A stretch of DNA of 40,838 bases. Source: Hyphochytrium catenoides (lineage: Eukaryota; Protista; Hyphochytriomycota). The translations under genes were made by a program, and so were the position numbers. The notes beneath the pieces were generated by a model. It was not told where the DNA came from and searched no databases. It saw only the letters and a list, made by a program, of their open reading frames with translations. The stretch covers positions 1-40,838 of the forward strand of contig FLMG01001853.1 in the NCBI GenBank assembly GCA_900088475.1, in the 5' to 3' direction. Positions 10,794-23,623 of the stretch are shown one piece after another (the stretch's first letter is position 1; each line of letters starts with the position of its first letter).

Positions 10794-12029
10794 CTGCAAA
10801 CGATCTTATTTACGGCTAACTGAGCGGTGCAAGAGAGCAAGACCTCAGCCCGCCTGCTCCAGAATCAGGCTGCATTATTAGGGAAAGCAAGAGCACATCG
10901 TTGAGGCATCTTTACGCTTGTAACAGAAGCATCCAAAGCAATAAAAGAGTATACTGTGGGGGAGACTTGCTTGACCTCTCGATCCGTAGCTCTTGATCCT
11001 TGGGAACTGTAAGGAAAGACAGCGACTCAGCGCTGCCCTTCTGCCCCGGGAAGAGGTGTCTGCCCTGGGCCTGGAAATGGAACCAGTCGCTTTTTGTCAC
11101 GGTGTTGAGTGTCCTAATTGTTATCTGCTACTCATGGTGCGCAGTCTTAGTAGAGGGTATACTATCTCGGCAACCGAAGAGGAAAGAAGACAAGGCCAGA
11201 GGGGACAAAGGAGTGGATGAAAGATAGGAACTCGCCAAGGCGACTCCTAGTAGCTAGGTTCAGGAAGATAGCTATGAAGTCTACCAAACTTTTGAGGATA
11301 AATGACGAGGTCGTTCCTGGAAGGCAGGAGACCACGGCAAGGCTCTCAAGTCCTTTCTTAAGCCTCAGCTCTCCCTCACGCTTATGTGTGAAGATGGATT
11401 ATTATGCTAATGTTGCTCTTTGTATCCTCAGAGTCAGGGAGGAAGAGACAATGTTGTTAGGTTATTAGGTGTCTAGGACCGCATCTACGTGTCTAACCTG
11501 ATAGCTTACGTTTTTACCCCTAGACCACAGCCGTAACCTAGAAGGAAACGCTAGCACCAGGCATTCCTAGATTCTGCACAAGGCTACATCTACGCATCCT
11601 CCTAGCATTCAGCTTCAACGAGGACGATGCCGCTCTCCCTCTCAGGGATGGTCTCCTCAACTGTCATGCGATGAACAACTGCCGCTCTATGAAGACGACG
11701 GGTTTTGAGTCCAGATCGCTTCAGCAGCAGGACTGTTTTGCCTTATCTTATCAATAACTTACCGTATCCCCACCTCCTACACTCATTGAGACTGAGGACA
11801 GCGGCGTTAGATCTGAGCGATGGCTGGGTGACAGAGAAGATGCAGACCGGCGCAGGAGCTGTATCTGTCCAGAGGCGTGCGGCTCAGAAATATCAAATGC
11901 TGCATTTAAAATTTTAAAAGAATAACAGCCCGACTGATTCGGAATGGCATGTGTATCTAATCACTTCGACTTCTGTGGTTGAAGTTGACGTGACGGAGGA
12001 AACCTGCATCCCAGCTTCAAGCTGCCATT

Positions 12030-12128
12030 CTCTCTCTTCTCTCTCTCTCTCTCTCTCTCTCTATGTCTCTCTGTCTCTCTCTTCCACTCTCTCTCTCTCT
12101 TTCTCTCTCCATCTCTCTCTCTCTCTCT
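12030..12128. repeat. (CT)n tract upstream of FMO
   Basis: Visible CT dinucleotide repeat. Confidence 0.9.
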
Positions 12129-12329
12129 TATCAACCGTACACTGTTCACTAGTCTTGCACCTGGCATAGGCGGCAGCCTTGGGCGTTGCCGCTTATTATA
12201 TTAAGAGAGCTGACAAACTTCTTTTTCTCGGTTTAGTTGAGAAGCGCCAACAGTTAGAGCAAGGCCACGGCGCTGGAGGGATAGATATATAGGAAGGGAG
12301 CGATATAGAGAGACAAGTTGCACAGACAC

Positions 12330-15179
12330 ATGATGGAGAGTACCAAGCATAAGGGCCCCAATAAACCAAAGGAAGGGACAGGAGGAGGAACCCTTACCGT
12401 CTATGATGTCGCGGTCTGCGGTGCAGGGATCAGCGGCGTCGCAGCGGCGAAGAATTGTCTTGAAGAAGGGCTGGCGACCATTGTCTTCGAGCGCGAGGAT
12501 CACGTAGCAGGTACGTCCGAACGCTACGTCCTCTCCCCCTCTTCCACCCATCACTGAAGAAAGACACCTTCTCAATCTTTGGCTCGCTTAACCTGAGCAT
12601 ATTCCCTTTCTCTCCTCTACGCCCATCTTGCCCTCCCCCGGCAGGTCATCTGACTCGTCTGTTTCGCATTTATCTCTCTGTTCTCTTTTCGTATCCTCGT
12701 CTGTTGAGCTAATGTTGTCGAGTAGCTGAGCTCATTGCTCCGTCGCACCACAGGGTTATGGCAGTTCAAAGAGCACGGCTATGGGGTCATGAAGTTCACG
12801 CACATCAATGTTTCCAAGCAGAACTATTGCTTCTCTGACTTCCCTTTCCCTGAAGACACGCCGGACTATCCTAGCTGGCAGCAGATGGCCGCGTATGTGA
12901 ACAACTATGTCGATCACTTCGATGTCCGACGGCATATTCGCTTTCAAACAGAGATCCAGACCATCTCCCGCAGTGCGCGGCATCCCGAGCTCTGGGAAAT
13001 CATTGTGCAACACCATGGCGGGGCAAAGGCTGTCTATTATGCCAGGAATGTGGCCATTGCCACTGGGCATCATGCCATTCCCACGTTTCCTAGCTTCAAA
13101 GGAGAGAAGAGCTTTCCAGGGAGAATAATTCATAGGTTCGCTCCCTCCTTTTGAAACCCTTGCTGTCATCTCTCTGAGTGCTCTCCTGGTATCTAGCCCG
13201 CTGACATCCTTCGTCTCGTCTCAAGCTTTCATTTCCACTTCTGCCTTCGTTATCACTCTTTCGCTGGTGATGGTTGCTTAGGATGCCTCTCTGTTCTGAT
13301 CAGTGCCTGGCTTTGTATGCAGTGTTGACTTCAAAGATGCCCTAACCAACGATTTGGCGGGGAAGCGCGTGCTCATTGTTGGAATCGGGAATAGCGCCAT
13401 AGATGCGGCCACCAATGTCTGCACTGTGGCGAAGAAGGTCGTGCTCAGCACGCGGTCAGGAGCATGGTAAGGCTTTCTCAGCTAATTCCCAGAATCCTTT
13501 TCTTCTCCTTACCCCGAACTGTGACTGTTGCTTGCACTCCTGCCACCTCCTGCTCGTAAGCTCTCTCTTCCCAACAGCCATAGTGCGACTGCAAAAGCTT
13601 TCCTCTCCATCATCGCGCTCTGTTTAAGTTGTTCAGCAGCTTTCGCCGTCCCCTTTCCTCCGCGCTCCTGGTCATACATTTCTGTGCTCTCAGCCGTCTC
13701 GTGGAGCGTTGAGACCTCTAGTGCACACTTCGCTGTCTGCGCTCGCTATAAATTGTCTTTTCAGGGTCTCGCTCTCTCTTCCATCCTCAGTGTCTTCTGA
13801 CCTAATTCCGACTCTTGGGCTGCATGGCAGGGTCATCCCTAATTATATCTTCGGAGTGCCCACGGATCAGTATGCAAACCGCTTCCTCTTTTCTCTTCCC
13901 TGGCGCTGGGCCTCTTCAATCCTCGAGCTCATTGTCTCCACGGTGCACGGCTCACCCTTCAAGTGGGGACTTAGGCCCAAGATGCGCGCTCTTCAGTCTC
14001 AGCCCACTGTCAGCGCCACCTTAATTCATCACATCCAGGTGCGGGAGAAGTGGAAGAGGAAGAGAGACACAGTAGAGGAGAGCGGTACTGGGGGTTGCAA
14101 AGCAAGATCTCTGTCCACTCTAGACCAAGGAAACCAACCCCATCCTGCACGTCTTCCTCCTCTTGTTGTCGCAGCGCCAAGATATTAGCATCGCTCAAAA
14201 CGTGGATTCGATAGATGGAAGCCGTGTAACCTTCTCAGATGGTAGCTCGGCTGAGTTTGACGACATAGTTTATTGCACTGGATATAAGATCTCCGTCCCG
14301 TACCTGGAGCCAGCAGTGCAAGACCTGGTACGCGCAATGTCCTCTCTTTGTCTTCCAACGTTACAGGCTCTCACCTGCCACTTAGGTGATAGAGAAGAGC
14401 TCCAACAGGATTCGGCTCTATAAGAATGTGTTCTCGCCTGAACTTGGACCCTCCATCAGCTTTATCGGGTTCGTGCAGCCTGCCTCAGGCGGCGTGCTCA
14501 CCATGTAGGACCCATTATTACCTCTCCTTGTCCCGTCTCAACACTCACCGCTTTTTCGGCCGATTCCTTTTACTAGGGCTGAGACTCAGGCACGCTGGTT
14601 TATTGGCATTATCAAAGGCCGGGCTGTCCTGCCCACTAAGGAGGAAATGCTCCGCTCTATGGAGAAAGACCAGGCAAAAACTGACGAGCGGTATTTTGGC
14701 TCCAAACGGCACACAATCCAGGTACCTTGCCGTTGATTCCCTTTCATGGGTGATAGGGCTTGTAGCCACAGCTGATGCCCGTTTGCCAGCGTGACCCGCT
14801 CGTCTATTGCGACGAGATTGCAGGCTTCTTCGGTGCTAAGCCTTCCATTTGGCGGCACCCTTCGCTCTTTCTGCATCTTCTATTTGGCACCGGCTGTGCT
14901 GCGCAGTGGCGGCTGCAAGGTCCTGGCAAGGTAAGCATCCCACCTTTCCTTCTTGTCCGACATCTCACCAACCCATTGCTTTTGTGCGTCCCTCTCTGCT
15001 CTTCCTGCTAGTGGGACAAGGCCGCAGCCGTCGTCCGTTCCTCCCCCATCGCGCCGATGTGGCGGTTGGTGGCGTACCTTCTCTTCACTCCTCTCGCTAT
15101 CACACTCGTACGAATCGTGCTCACATTCATAGTGCGCCGGAGGTTAGCGAGTAGGTTGACAAAGAAATTGACCGTATAG
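12330..15179 (+). CDS. FMO: Flavin-containing monooxygenase (class B FMO), 9 exons, C-terminal membrane anchor
   Basis: Exons 12330-12510, 12754-13135, 13323-13466, 13831-14038, 14175-14327, 14386-14504, 14577-14721, 14790-14930, 15012-15179. Motifs: FAD GAGISG, FSDFPFPED.PDY, ATGHH, FMO identifier FPGRIIHSVDFK, NADPH GIGNSA, CTGY, ETQARW, RHTIQ, WRLQGPGKW, then a hydrophobic tail. Confidence 0.95.
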
Positions 15180-15535
15180 TCAAGTCGCAGGAAGTCTTTA
15201 ACCGTCTTGGTAAAGCCAAGACTGCCTGTGCTGCAGATCAGGGCCAGCAGGGCGATGGGGAAGGGGGACAAGGAAACTGTAGAAGGGAGACAGAGAGGAA
15301 GGCGGTTCACTCGAAAAGAGGGAGATGAGAAAGAGACAATGGAGGCGGAACAAAGCGAGAGGAGGCAAAAGTAAGGAAGGAGAGAGAGAAGAAGAAGGTA
15401 TGGAGACTGAGATAATGTACTGGAGAAGCGAAGATAGCAAAGAGAAGGCGAGAAGCAGTCTAGAATTTGGAAGGAGGGAAGCTATCAAGCTCGGCTAGTT
15501 AAATAGAGTTAGTTAGGAGAGGATCGAGGATTGTC

Positions 15536-16222
15536 CTATGCCTCTGTCCCCTTGTTCCCTCTGATTTTGCTGAAAGCCTTCATAATCATGGGCGTCGTGG
15601 CCACACAGAATGGGAATCGAATAGGCTCCAAGAACTCGTTCACGACGACGGTCAGGATGAGGTTGCCATACGCCGGGTTGATGGCTGAGAGGTCAAAGTA
15701 GTTCTGCGCCCCGACAGCATGTAGGAAGTCAATAATATCCGCCCCGCCGAAGAGTCCGAGGGAGATGCCGCCATATATCGCGGCGCCTGAAGCGAAGTAA
15801 ACTGTGCCCCACCATAAGACAAAGGGGATGCCATACTTCGTGATCATTGCAAACTTATCCTTTGGCTTCTCGTCCAAAGTCTTCTGTACAGCCGCCTTCT
15901 CATTCTCTAGCCGGATAGCTGTGTCATAGTAGTCCAACGCCTTCTCCGCGTTGCTGAGGCTATTCCGTAGGGCGCGCTCTACATCCTTTGGTGAGAGTCT
16001 GTTGGCGACGTAGAGTTCCAAGCTTCGACCTGCGGTCTTCACGCGGTTCTCCAGCTGAGACCTATCCTCTTTCGGGTTGCTCCCCGTGCTGAAAGGACAG
16101 ACTCTCCAAATATTGACAACTCCTTGCTGATTGAAGCGGCTGCTGCTCGGTCGGGAGGATATGACTGAGAAGGGCTCGACCGATCTGAAGCGGCTATACC
16201 GCATTGCCCGAAGTGTGAACAT
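15536..16222 (-). CDS. FAM210: FAM210/DUF1279-domain mitochondrial membrane protein (single exon)
   Basis: Likely start ATG at 16222 (MFTLRAMRYSRFRS..., an Arg/Ser-rich presequence-like segment). The C-terminal domain KYGIPFVLWWGTVY...YGNLILTVVVNEFLEPIRFPFCVATTP matches the DUF1279 pattern (KYG...P.R....TP). Confidence 0.8.
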   Translation of the reverse strand: MFTLRAMRYSRFRSVEPFSVISSRPSSSRFNQQGVVNIWRVCPFSTGSNPKEDRSQLENRVKTAGRSLELYVANRLSPKDVERALRNSLSNAEKALDYYDTAIRLENEKAAVQKTLDEKPKDKFAMITKYGIPFVLWWGTVYFASGAAIYGGISLGLFGGADIIDFLHAVGAQNYFDLSAINPAYGNLILTVVVNEFLEPIRFPFCVATTPMIMKAFSKIRGNKGTEA

Positions 16223-16605
16223 TGTCCTTATAGTTGTTGCTGGCGTTCCTAGAGCTCGATGGTACTTTTTGAACAGGAGAACTATGCAGCTCTCGGCTTT
16301 CGATCGTACTCTGTCGGCTGCTTTATCGAACCCTTGGGTTCGACTCGATACCTTCTTCAATCTTCTTGTTCGCATCTCACTCCACGACAGGTCTCCTCCG
16401 CCCACACCTTGGCGGCGAATGACTCTGTCTGTTCTCATCAAGCTCCATCCAGTGATGAGAGCAACAACCACCTTCACTAAGCAAAGTGCTGAAGCTGTTC
16501 ACAGAGCGCCCCCGGGACATCTCTCTGATCCAAGGGGAGGTGTGAGGATGTGATGGGGATCGCGGGTGAATCTTGGGCTTTCAAATCTGAGAGGTGTTAC
16601 TTCGT

Positions 16606-16620
16606 CCTCTCTCTCTCTCC

Positions 16621-16682
<62 letters not shown>

Positions 16683-16880
16683 TCATTGCTTTTTCTCTCC
16701 CTCTCCTTGCTTCTCTCTCCTTGCTTTCTCTCTCTTTCTGTCTTCTCTCTGTATGTCTCTCTCTCTCTCTCTCTGTCTCTCTCATCCCTCATTGCTTTTT
16801 CTCTCTCTCTCCTTGTGTCTCTCTTTCTGTTTTCTCTCTGTATGTCTCTCTCTCTCTCTCTCGCTTTCTCTCTCTCTCTC
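16606..16880. repeat. (CT)n tract with an internal ~100-bp imperfect tandem duplication
   Basis: CCCTCATTGCTTTTTCTCTC occurs at ~16680 and ~16786; TCTCTCTGTATGTCTCTCTCTCTC occurs at ~16744 and ~16833. Confidence 0.9.
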
Positions 16881-17345
16881 CCAAATGACCTCTTTTCTCT
16901 TCTGGGTCTCGTACCTTCTCCATGTCTTCTCCCACTGAGTGTTCCCTTGTTTGGCTTCTGATGCTCTGATTGACCATAAGAAAGTCCTTTGGCATTCAGA
17001 AGGATGATCCTCCCACTTCCTCAATAGGACTGGCTCTCGCCCTGCCGCTTCAGCTTGCCCCGCCTCCTCTTCCTTTCGCCTCCTTTCCCCGTCTCCGCCC
17101 AGTAACCGCTGCTCCTCTTGCTTTCCTCTCTCAGTTTCTCTCTCGGTCCTTTCTTTCCTTCCTTCCCTTGCTTTCTTCCTCTCTCTCTCTTTCTCTGTTT
17201 GTCTTGCTCACTCTCCGGACATCAAACAATCACTTCAGGTCTCATGAGGTTGACTTCAACAAGTCCTTTAGCCGGTGTGGCCTCGTCTTCTAAGCGCTGA
17301 GGGAGCTCGGTCTCCTCAGAAGCCCTGGCATATTAGACAGAGGAG

Positions 17346-20325
17346 ATGGAAGAGGTGGAGGTGCTCAGGCGCAGGCTGAGGGACGCCGAGCATCGCGCTG
17401 AAAGCTCCGCGCAGCAGCTCGGCCTCCTAAAGTCAGAGTTGGAAAATGAGTTCGTCACATTGCTTCAGGAGGAGAGAGAGAGCTGGAGAAGATCACAGGT
17501 CAGTCTCGCTAGGCGTCGGCTGCCCTCTGATCCCCTTAACTTCGCTCCTCTCTTTCACCTCCTCGTTATCCTTAACAGCCACATGCACGCTTGGCCATTC
17601 TTCGCCTTGCTTGTTCGCATTGCTCTTAAGTGCTGGTGCCTCTTTGGCTCTCCTGAGGGCACTATCTTCTGCTCTGTGTCACCTTGTCTTCCCCTCTCTC
17701 CTTGTCTGCTCTGGGGATCTGCGTGCTCTCTCTCCCTCTTTGTCTCTCGCTAACACACACACACAGGAGGAGAAACGCGTCCTCATTTCCCAGTTGGAGC
17801 GCGAGCTCGCCTCTACAGTGCGGGCACTGCAAGAGGCGCGGGACCGTGAGGATCTGGAGCTTCGAGCTGTTAATGAGCAGCTGGCGGACTTGAGAAGCGA
17901 GGTTAGCCGCCTTGGAGAGTCGAAAATGGGGCTAGAGGGAAAGTAGCGCACCGAAGGATAGAGAGCTAGACCTCGGTGCTGAAGGGATGAGAGTAAGCGT
18001 CACAGCAGTGAGAGTGTCTAAGTTTGGCGTGGATGATCCTGAGAAGCGACAGAACTTCATGACGGAGAGAGTAGATCTAATAGAGACAGAGTAGGGAGAT
18101 GCTGCCAGCTAGACAGAGGGAGAAGGTAGCATGAACCATTCCGAATCGTTCGATGGGGATCCTTAAGATGCTGATGCGGGAGCTGAGGACTCACTTTGCT
18201 CTGTCGCAGTGCGAGCAACTGAGGCGAGAACTAAGAGAATGCGAAAGAGAGCGGGACAAAGCGACCACCATCGCCGAACATCTTAACCGAGAGAACGAGA
18301 AGGTGAAGCACTCTTGGGGGCGACACACGCATGAGAGACAAAAGCAAATTCTCACCTTTCTCTCTTGCTGCTGTCTTCGCTTTTCTACTGGACCGAGAAG
18401 CTTTCTTCATATCGTTTGCACTTGCACCTCATCGCTCGCTTACTGGCCTTCCAATCATCTGTCCCCTCAGCTGGCAGGACTGCTGAAGGTATCGAGCACC
18501 AGAGAGCTAGCCGAGGAGGCGTTTGCCGCAGAACTGAGTCACCTGCGGCAAGGTTATGAGGCCGAACTGCAGGCCAAGGACAAGCTAATTGAAGAGCTCC
18601 AGAGCTCCTTCGACAGCCTCTTGAACAAGTAAGGGACCAAGGAGTAGGGAATAGAAGACTGAATATGATAAAAGCGGACATAAATGGGTGCGCACGGTGT
18701 AGATGACGCTGAGAAACAATGAAGTAGGAAGGAGAAAGGTGCCCGAGGACGACGATGGATGGAGATCCTCGGGAAAGGGCTCGGGGAGTGAGTGAAGCTT
18801 GGGAAAGGAGAAGACGTAGTGAGACAGGATCTACTAACCTCTATCAGNNNNNNNNNNNNNNNNNNNNNNNNNNNNNNNNNNNNNNNNNNNNNNNNNNNNN
18901 NNNNTATCTTTGTCTCTGAGCTTGCGGCTTTTCGTTCCCAAGTGAACGCTCTCAAGTCGGAGAAACACGTGCTGGAGGAGGAGAAGAGACAGATTGGGGC
19001 AGAGAGAGAAAAGCTGATGAACGAGTGCCAGAACCGCAAGGTTGAACGGGATGCCGCTGTCAGTGAGAAGGAGTATTTCCTCTCTTTTTCTAAAGCCAAA
19101 GAGGCCCAGATAGAGAAGCTGGAAGGGGAGAAAGAAGCGCTGGAGGAGGAGAACAAGGCTCTAGAGAGTCGGATGGAACGGGTGAAGAGTGAGCTAGTCA
19201 CGAAGCAGGAAACTGTAGACGAACAAAGGAAAAAGGTCTGTCCATTTCCCCTTTTCTGTTTCCGTCTCTCTCATCCTCTCTGTCTACTGCTTTCGATCTG
19301 ACGCTGTATGTGTCTCCCTGCCTCTCCCTGTCTCGCTATCTCTGTCTATCTCTTGCTGCCCTAATATTCCTGTCTCTCTCCTTCGATCCTGTCTCTCTCC
19401 TTCAATCCTGTCTCTCCAATGAGCGCGATATGCGTGCCTCTCATGCAAGATTTCATTTTGTCTCTCCCTCCTTTGCCGACTGCTAGCTGGACCGCTTGCA
19501 GCAGAAGGTTGAGCGCTTTGAATCCGCTTCTGAGAGGTGAGCTAACCTCGACTTCTTCCTGCCTCCCCTTTTCCTTCCTTCCTTTTTAGGACCGAGCTGT
19601 TCTCTTATTGCATCGTCTATCTCCACATTCTCTCTAGCTCTAGTGAGACAGAGCATCATCTAATCTGCGAGTGTCTCTTCTCTCCTTTCTTCTCACTTTT
19701 ACGGCCTTGATCTCGTTCACCGCGGCATTGCTGGTCTCCCTGGCATGAGCCAGAATTGCCTGCAATTTTCAACCAAATGTCCTTACCTTTCTCTCCCTGA
19801 ATAAAAACTCTATTATCTTCTCAGAAGTAACTACCTTTTGCAATGATTGATCTCCACGCTATCTAGGGTGGAGACGGAGCAGTCGGCGCTAAGAGAACGA
19901 GTTGCTGACCTCCAGACAGAGAACAGAGAGCTGCATCGGAGGCTGGGTAGACAGAGTGCTGAGCTGACAGAAAGTCAGGTAAAGAGACTCTTCTCTGAAG
20001 AAGAGAGTAAAGATTGAGCCAAGGAGAGGGCTCCACTGGGATAGAGAAGGAGACGGGACATCTGCTATCATAAAGTGCAAAAGGCTCAGGCAATTCGGAT
20101 CAGAGCGGATGGAGGCGAATTAAGAACAGCATTTGAGGCATTATGGGGAGCGGGAAGTATCAATCTCACAGCCGCTGTGCCTGCAACTCCTTAGGTAACT
20201 GTTCGGATGCTGAAGGACGAAGTCGCAGCCCTTAGAACAGCTGCAGCAGAGACTGACGCCAAAGTAAGGAGCGAGGAACGAGAGAGCGACAAACAGCTCC
20301 AGGTAGTTTCGAACAGAGAGAGAGC

Positions 20326-20373
<48 letters not shown>

Positions 20374-23338
20374 TCCCGCAGTAAGGAGGTGTTACGTATT
20401 CTCTCGTATTCTGGCTGCTCTTCCTCTGTTGTTGCCTCTGTTCTTCGCCGGACCGTCCTCCGCACCGCTCCCCGCTTACGTCCATCAAGTGGTGAACCAG
20501 CCAACACTCTCTTCTTCATTCTTCTATCTTCATTCCTTTTGCCAGGCCCTGGCGGCTACTGCTGCCCAGACAGAGGAAGAATACAAGGAACGCGTCCGGC
20601 ACCTGGAGCAGCAGGTGAAGCAGCTGCAGAGGCTCAACGAGGACATGGAAGAGAGATATCAAAGGACAGCAGTCAGGGTAAGGACCAAGGGACGGCCATG
20701 GTACTTGGACGAGCTAATAGAATAAAGGCAGCACCGGCAGAAAGGGACTAGGGATGTATTGGAGAGTACAAAGCACTATCGAGAACGGGCTCGTACTGAG
20801 GGGGCAGAGAGAGTGACAAAGGAGACGTTATCTATCTTTAAGTGGCCGTCTTCAACCTCAAACACGATCTCTGACCTTAGGAGGTTGCAATCGCCCAGAG
20901 TGAAGAGAGAGAACTTCAGGCGCTTCGTCGCTGGAAAGTGGAAGCTACGGTACGTACCCCAGAGCATCAAGCTTGATCCCTCGGTCACAGAGAGCAATCG
21001 CTCATTATTTCACTTTCTGGTCTCTTCTTTCTGTTTATTTCTCTCGATGCTGGCTCTTCTTCTTCAAGTCCATTCCAAGTCAAAAGCATCGTCAGCTCTC
21101 TGTTGCGAATCCAGCTCGCCACCAGGGGATTCCCTTTTGCCACCTTATCCCAAATTGCTCTCTCTCTCGCCCCCACTTTTCCCTTTCTCTCTCCTCTCCC
21201 CCTCTCTCTGCTCTCTCTCTCTCGTGCATCTTTCCTCCATCGTTCCCCTTCTTGATATAGTTTCGCTCACTTTTTTCCCTCAGGAGGCTCTGACGCAGAT
21301 GTCTCAGCAAGTCTTTGATCAAGTTAAAGAGAACCAGGAGCTCCGAAGCCGATGCGACGAGGCAGAGCTAGCCAGCTTCTCTTCTCGTTCCTTCCATAGC
21401 CCCTCGGGAGCCAGTCAAGCGAACATCGTGACAGGCGTGACTGAGCACACAGGTGGCGCATGGTGACATAAATGGCCATACCTTGCTCTCTCTCTTCCAT
21501 CACCACCCTTTTTTCTTTCTCTCTTTCTCTCTGTCTTTCACGCTCTTACTCTCTCTCTGTCTCTGGATCTTCTCCTGAGTATCTGTGGGTCTGTACGTCT
21601 ACTGCTCTGTATGTAGCTTCCTCTCACCCTGCTGGGCAGCTTTTCGTTAGCGCTCTTCCTCTTTCCTCTCTCCTTGCAATTGTCTTTCCTTGCTGGGCTT
21701 TGTCTTTCTCCCACTTTTTGTCTAGCTCATCTGAGGCCTCAGGTGACGCTAGCAGAGCTTCCTCTCCTCCGGACCGCCCAGAGCTGGCGACGTAAGTGCA
21801 AGTCTTCTTTCGTATCCGCGTTCCCTCAGCTTGGTCAACTCAGTGTCTGTACATAACTTTAGACTTTTGCCCTTGTTTCCTGCTTTTCCCTTTCTATTCT
21901 TGGTCGGGTGGCTGCTATTTGCAGTTTAGCAAAGTCTTTGCCAAGGTCCCCTCGTCTCTTCCTTCTGGGGTGGACTTTGTTGCATCGCGGGCAGCCCTTC
22001 TCTGTCTTTGACCCTGTGTGCCTATCATATCGGGTTTGACTCATATGCTCACTCCTGTCAGGAGTCGAGAAGGAAAGGTCCAGGAGCTTCATCGAAAGTA
22101 TTTAGAGATGAAGGAGAAGTTCATCCGCCAGTCCATGAGACAGAGCGAGCTGCAGGAGTATCTGGTGACACAGCCACTCTCGCCTAACATCGCTGCCCGT
22201 ACCATCCCCACCACTCCTTGTTATACTTCTCACTCCTATCCTGTTCCTCGCGGTTCTCGACTGCCCACTTTCAGTGACTGACGTCTTCTCCTATCCATAG
22301 TACCGCCTGCGGAATCCACCGTTAAAGAGTGATGCCGCAGGTAGGATCAGCTGGGGTTCAGTTCTCCGTAACGTTTTGACGCAAGCCATATGTCTATCGT
22401 GATCTACTCTTATCTCCGTTACTCCTCGACCCACACGCCGAACAAGCAGTGCCCGAACGAGAGACAGGGCCAACAAGATCACCCGCGAAGAGGGAAGATG
22501 CATTCTTACCCCATGAGATGGCTGGCGCTTTACAGGTAGAGAGAACCTTTGGAGGATCCTCTATCCAAAGCTGGGACAACGGTGCACGGTAAGGTTGAGC
22601 TCTTGGTAATTCTACTGCTTATCCTTCTTCCCTGCCAGTATCACTCTTTCTCCCTCTCTGCATCCATCAATTGCCTGTGAGCTGCTGTCTAAGCAGAGCT
22701 TTCGTTCGTCTCTTCACATGTTCCCTGCTTTCTCCGAGCCGTCTTAGCTAAACGCTGAAAATCCTATCCTCATTGTCTCTGGTTCTGCGTGGTGGCAGGT
22801 GGCGAGCCCTTGCGGATCTAGAAGCAGAAGCAGCTTCCGCTCATGCAGACCGACTAGCTGCCCTCAACTCCTCTAGCTGGAGCCAGCAGGTAAGCCTAAG
22901 GAGCTCATGGTTGGAGTATTAGGAACCACGGCGCTGCTGAAAACGAGAGAGGACATCCTCCCAGAAGGGAAGGGATGCGAGGATCTGGCGAATTGACAAG
23001 AGACAAAACTAAGACCTTACGTCACCGTTGCGCAGTCTGAGCTTCGAGAGCAGTTCCAGCCAATTCAGAAATCGGCCAAAAGCGCCACTAGGGAGGAGCC
23101 TGCAATGACCAGAAGACGGGAGAAGGCGGCCCCCAAGGCGTCTGTCAAAGGCTCGAAGCTTGTGGTGAAGATTCCCTCCGGTCCTTCCTCCTCGTCCGCT
23201 GCTCCTAAGAAAGCGAAGGCCGCGGGCAAAGCCTTAGTGCCAGGTACCGCCAAGAGTGTAAGAGCGGCGGGGCGAGGAAGGAGGACAGCTGGACTAGGGG
23301 AAGAAGCTAAGAGGGTCCAAACTTCTGCTTGGAAGTAG
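17346..23338 (+). CDS. Long coiled-coil protein of unknown family, ~17 exons
   Basis: Phase-consistent exon chain: 17346-17498, 17767-17901, 18210-18302, 18471-18628, 18848(gap)-19235, 19487-19536, 19867-19978, 20195-20302, 20546-20677, 20881-20949, 21284-21452, 21743-21791, 22062-22164, ~22301-22340, ~22450-22588, 22799-22889, 23036-23338. E/K/R/L/Q-rich heptads throughout and a basic K/A-rich tail. The 3' exons are less certain. Confidence 0.75.
18848..18903. other. Assembly gap (N run) within exon 5 of the coiled-coil gene
   Basis: 56 Ns beginning immediately after CTAAC...TATCAG, a predicted branch point and acceptor. Confidence 0.99.
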
Positions 23339-23623
23339 AAAATGAGAACAGGAAGGAAGAATGACAAATAGAGGGAGACAGCTCTTTGCAGCAGACGCTT
23401 GGAAAGAGGACAATTAGTCCTGGTAGAGAAGAGAGCACGGGAGAAGAGATATGTTACATTCAAAATATTACTATGTGGCACGAGGGGCGGCATGAGGCGT
23501 GCTGGCCACCTCTCTCTAATAGATAGACGGCATTTAGCTGAATGTAGATAGCCCAAGACGATGCGAACACGAGTGAGGAAGAGTCGATAGCCCCTAGGCA
23601 TTATAAATAGAGAAAAGTACGAG

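Noticed and set aside
11905-11918. 14-bp palindrome TTTAAAATTTTAAA
   Set aside because: Low-complexity AT sequence with no supporting context.
16223-16477. Upstream extension of the FAM210 ORF
   Set aside because: The ORF starts at a non-ATG codon, and the sequence before ATG 16222 looks non-conserved. ATG 16222 yields a presequence-like N-terminus.
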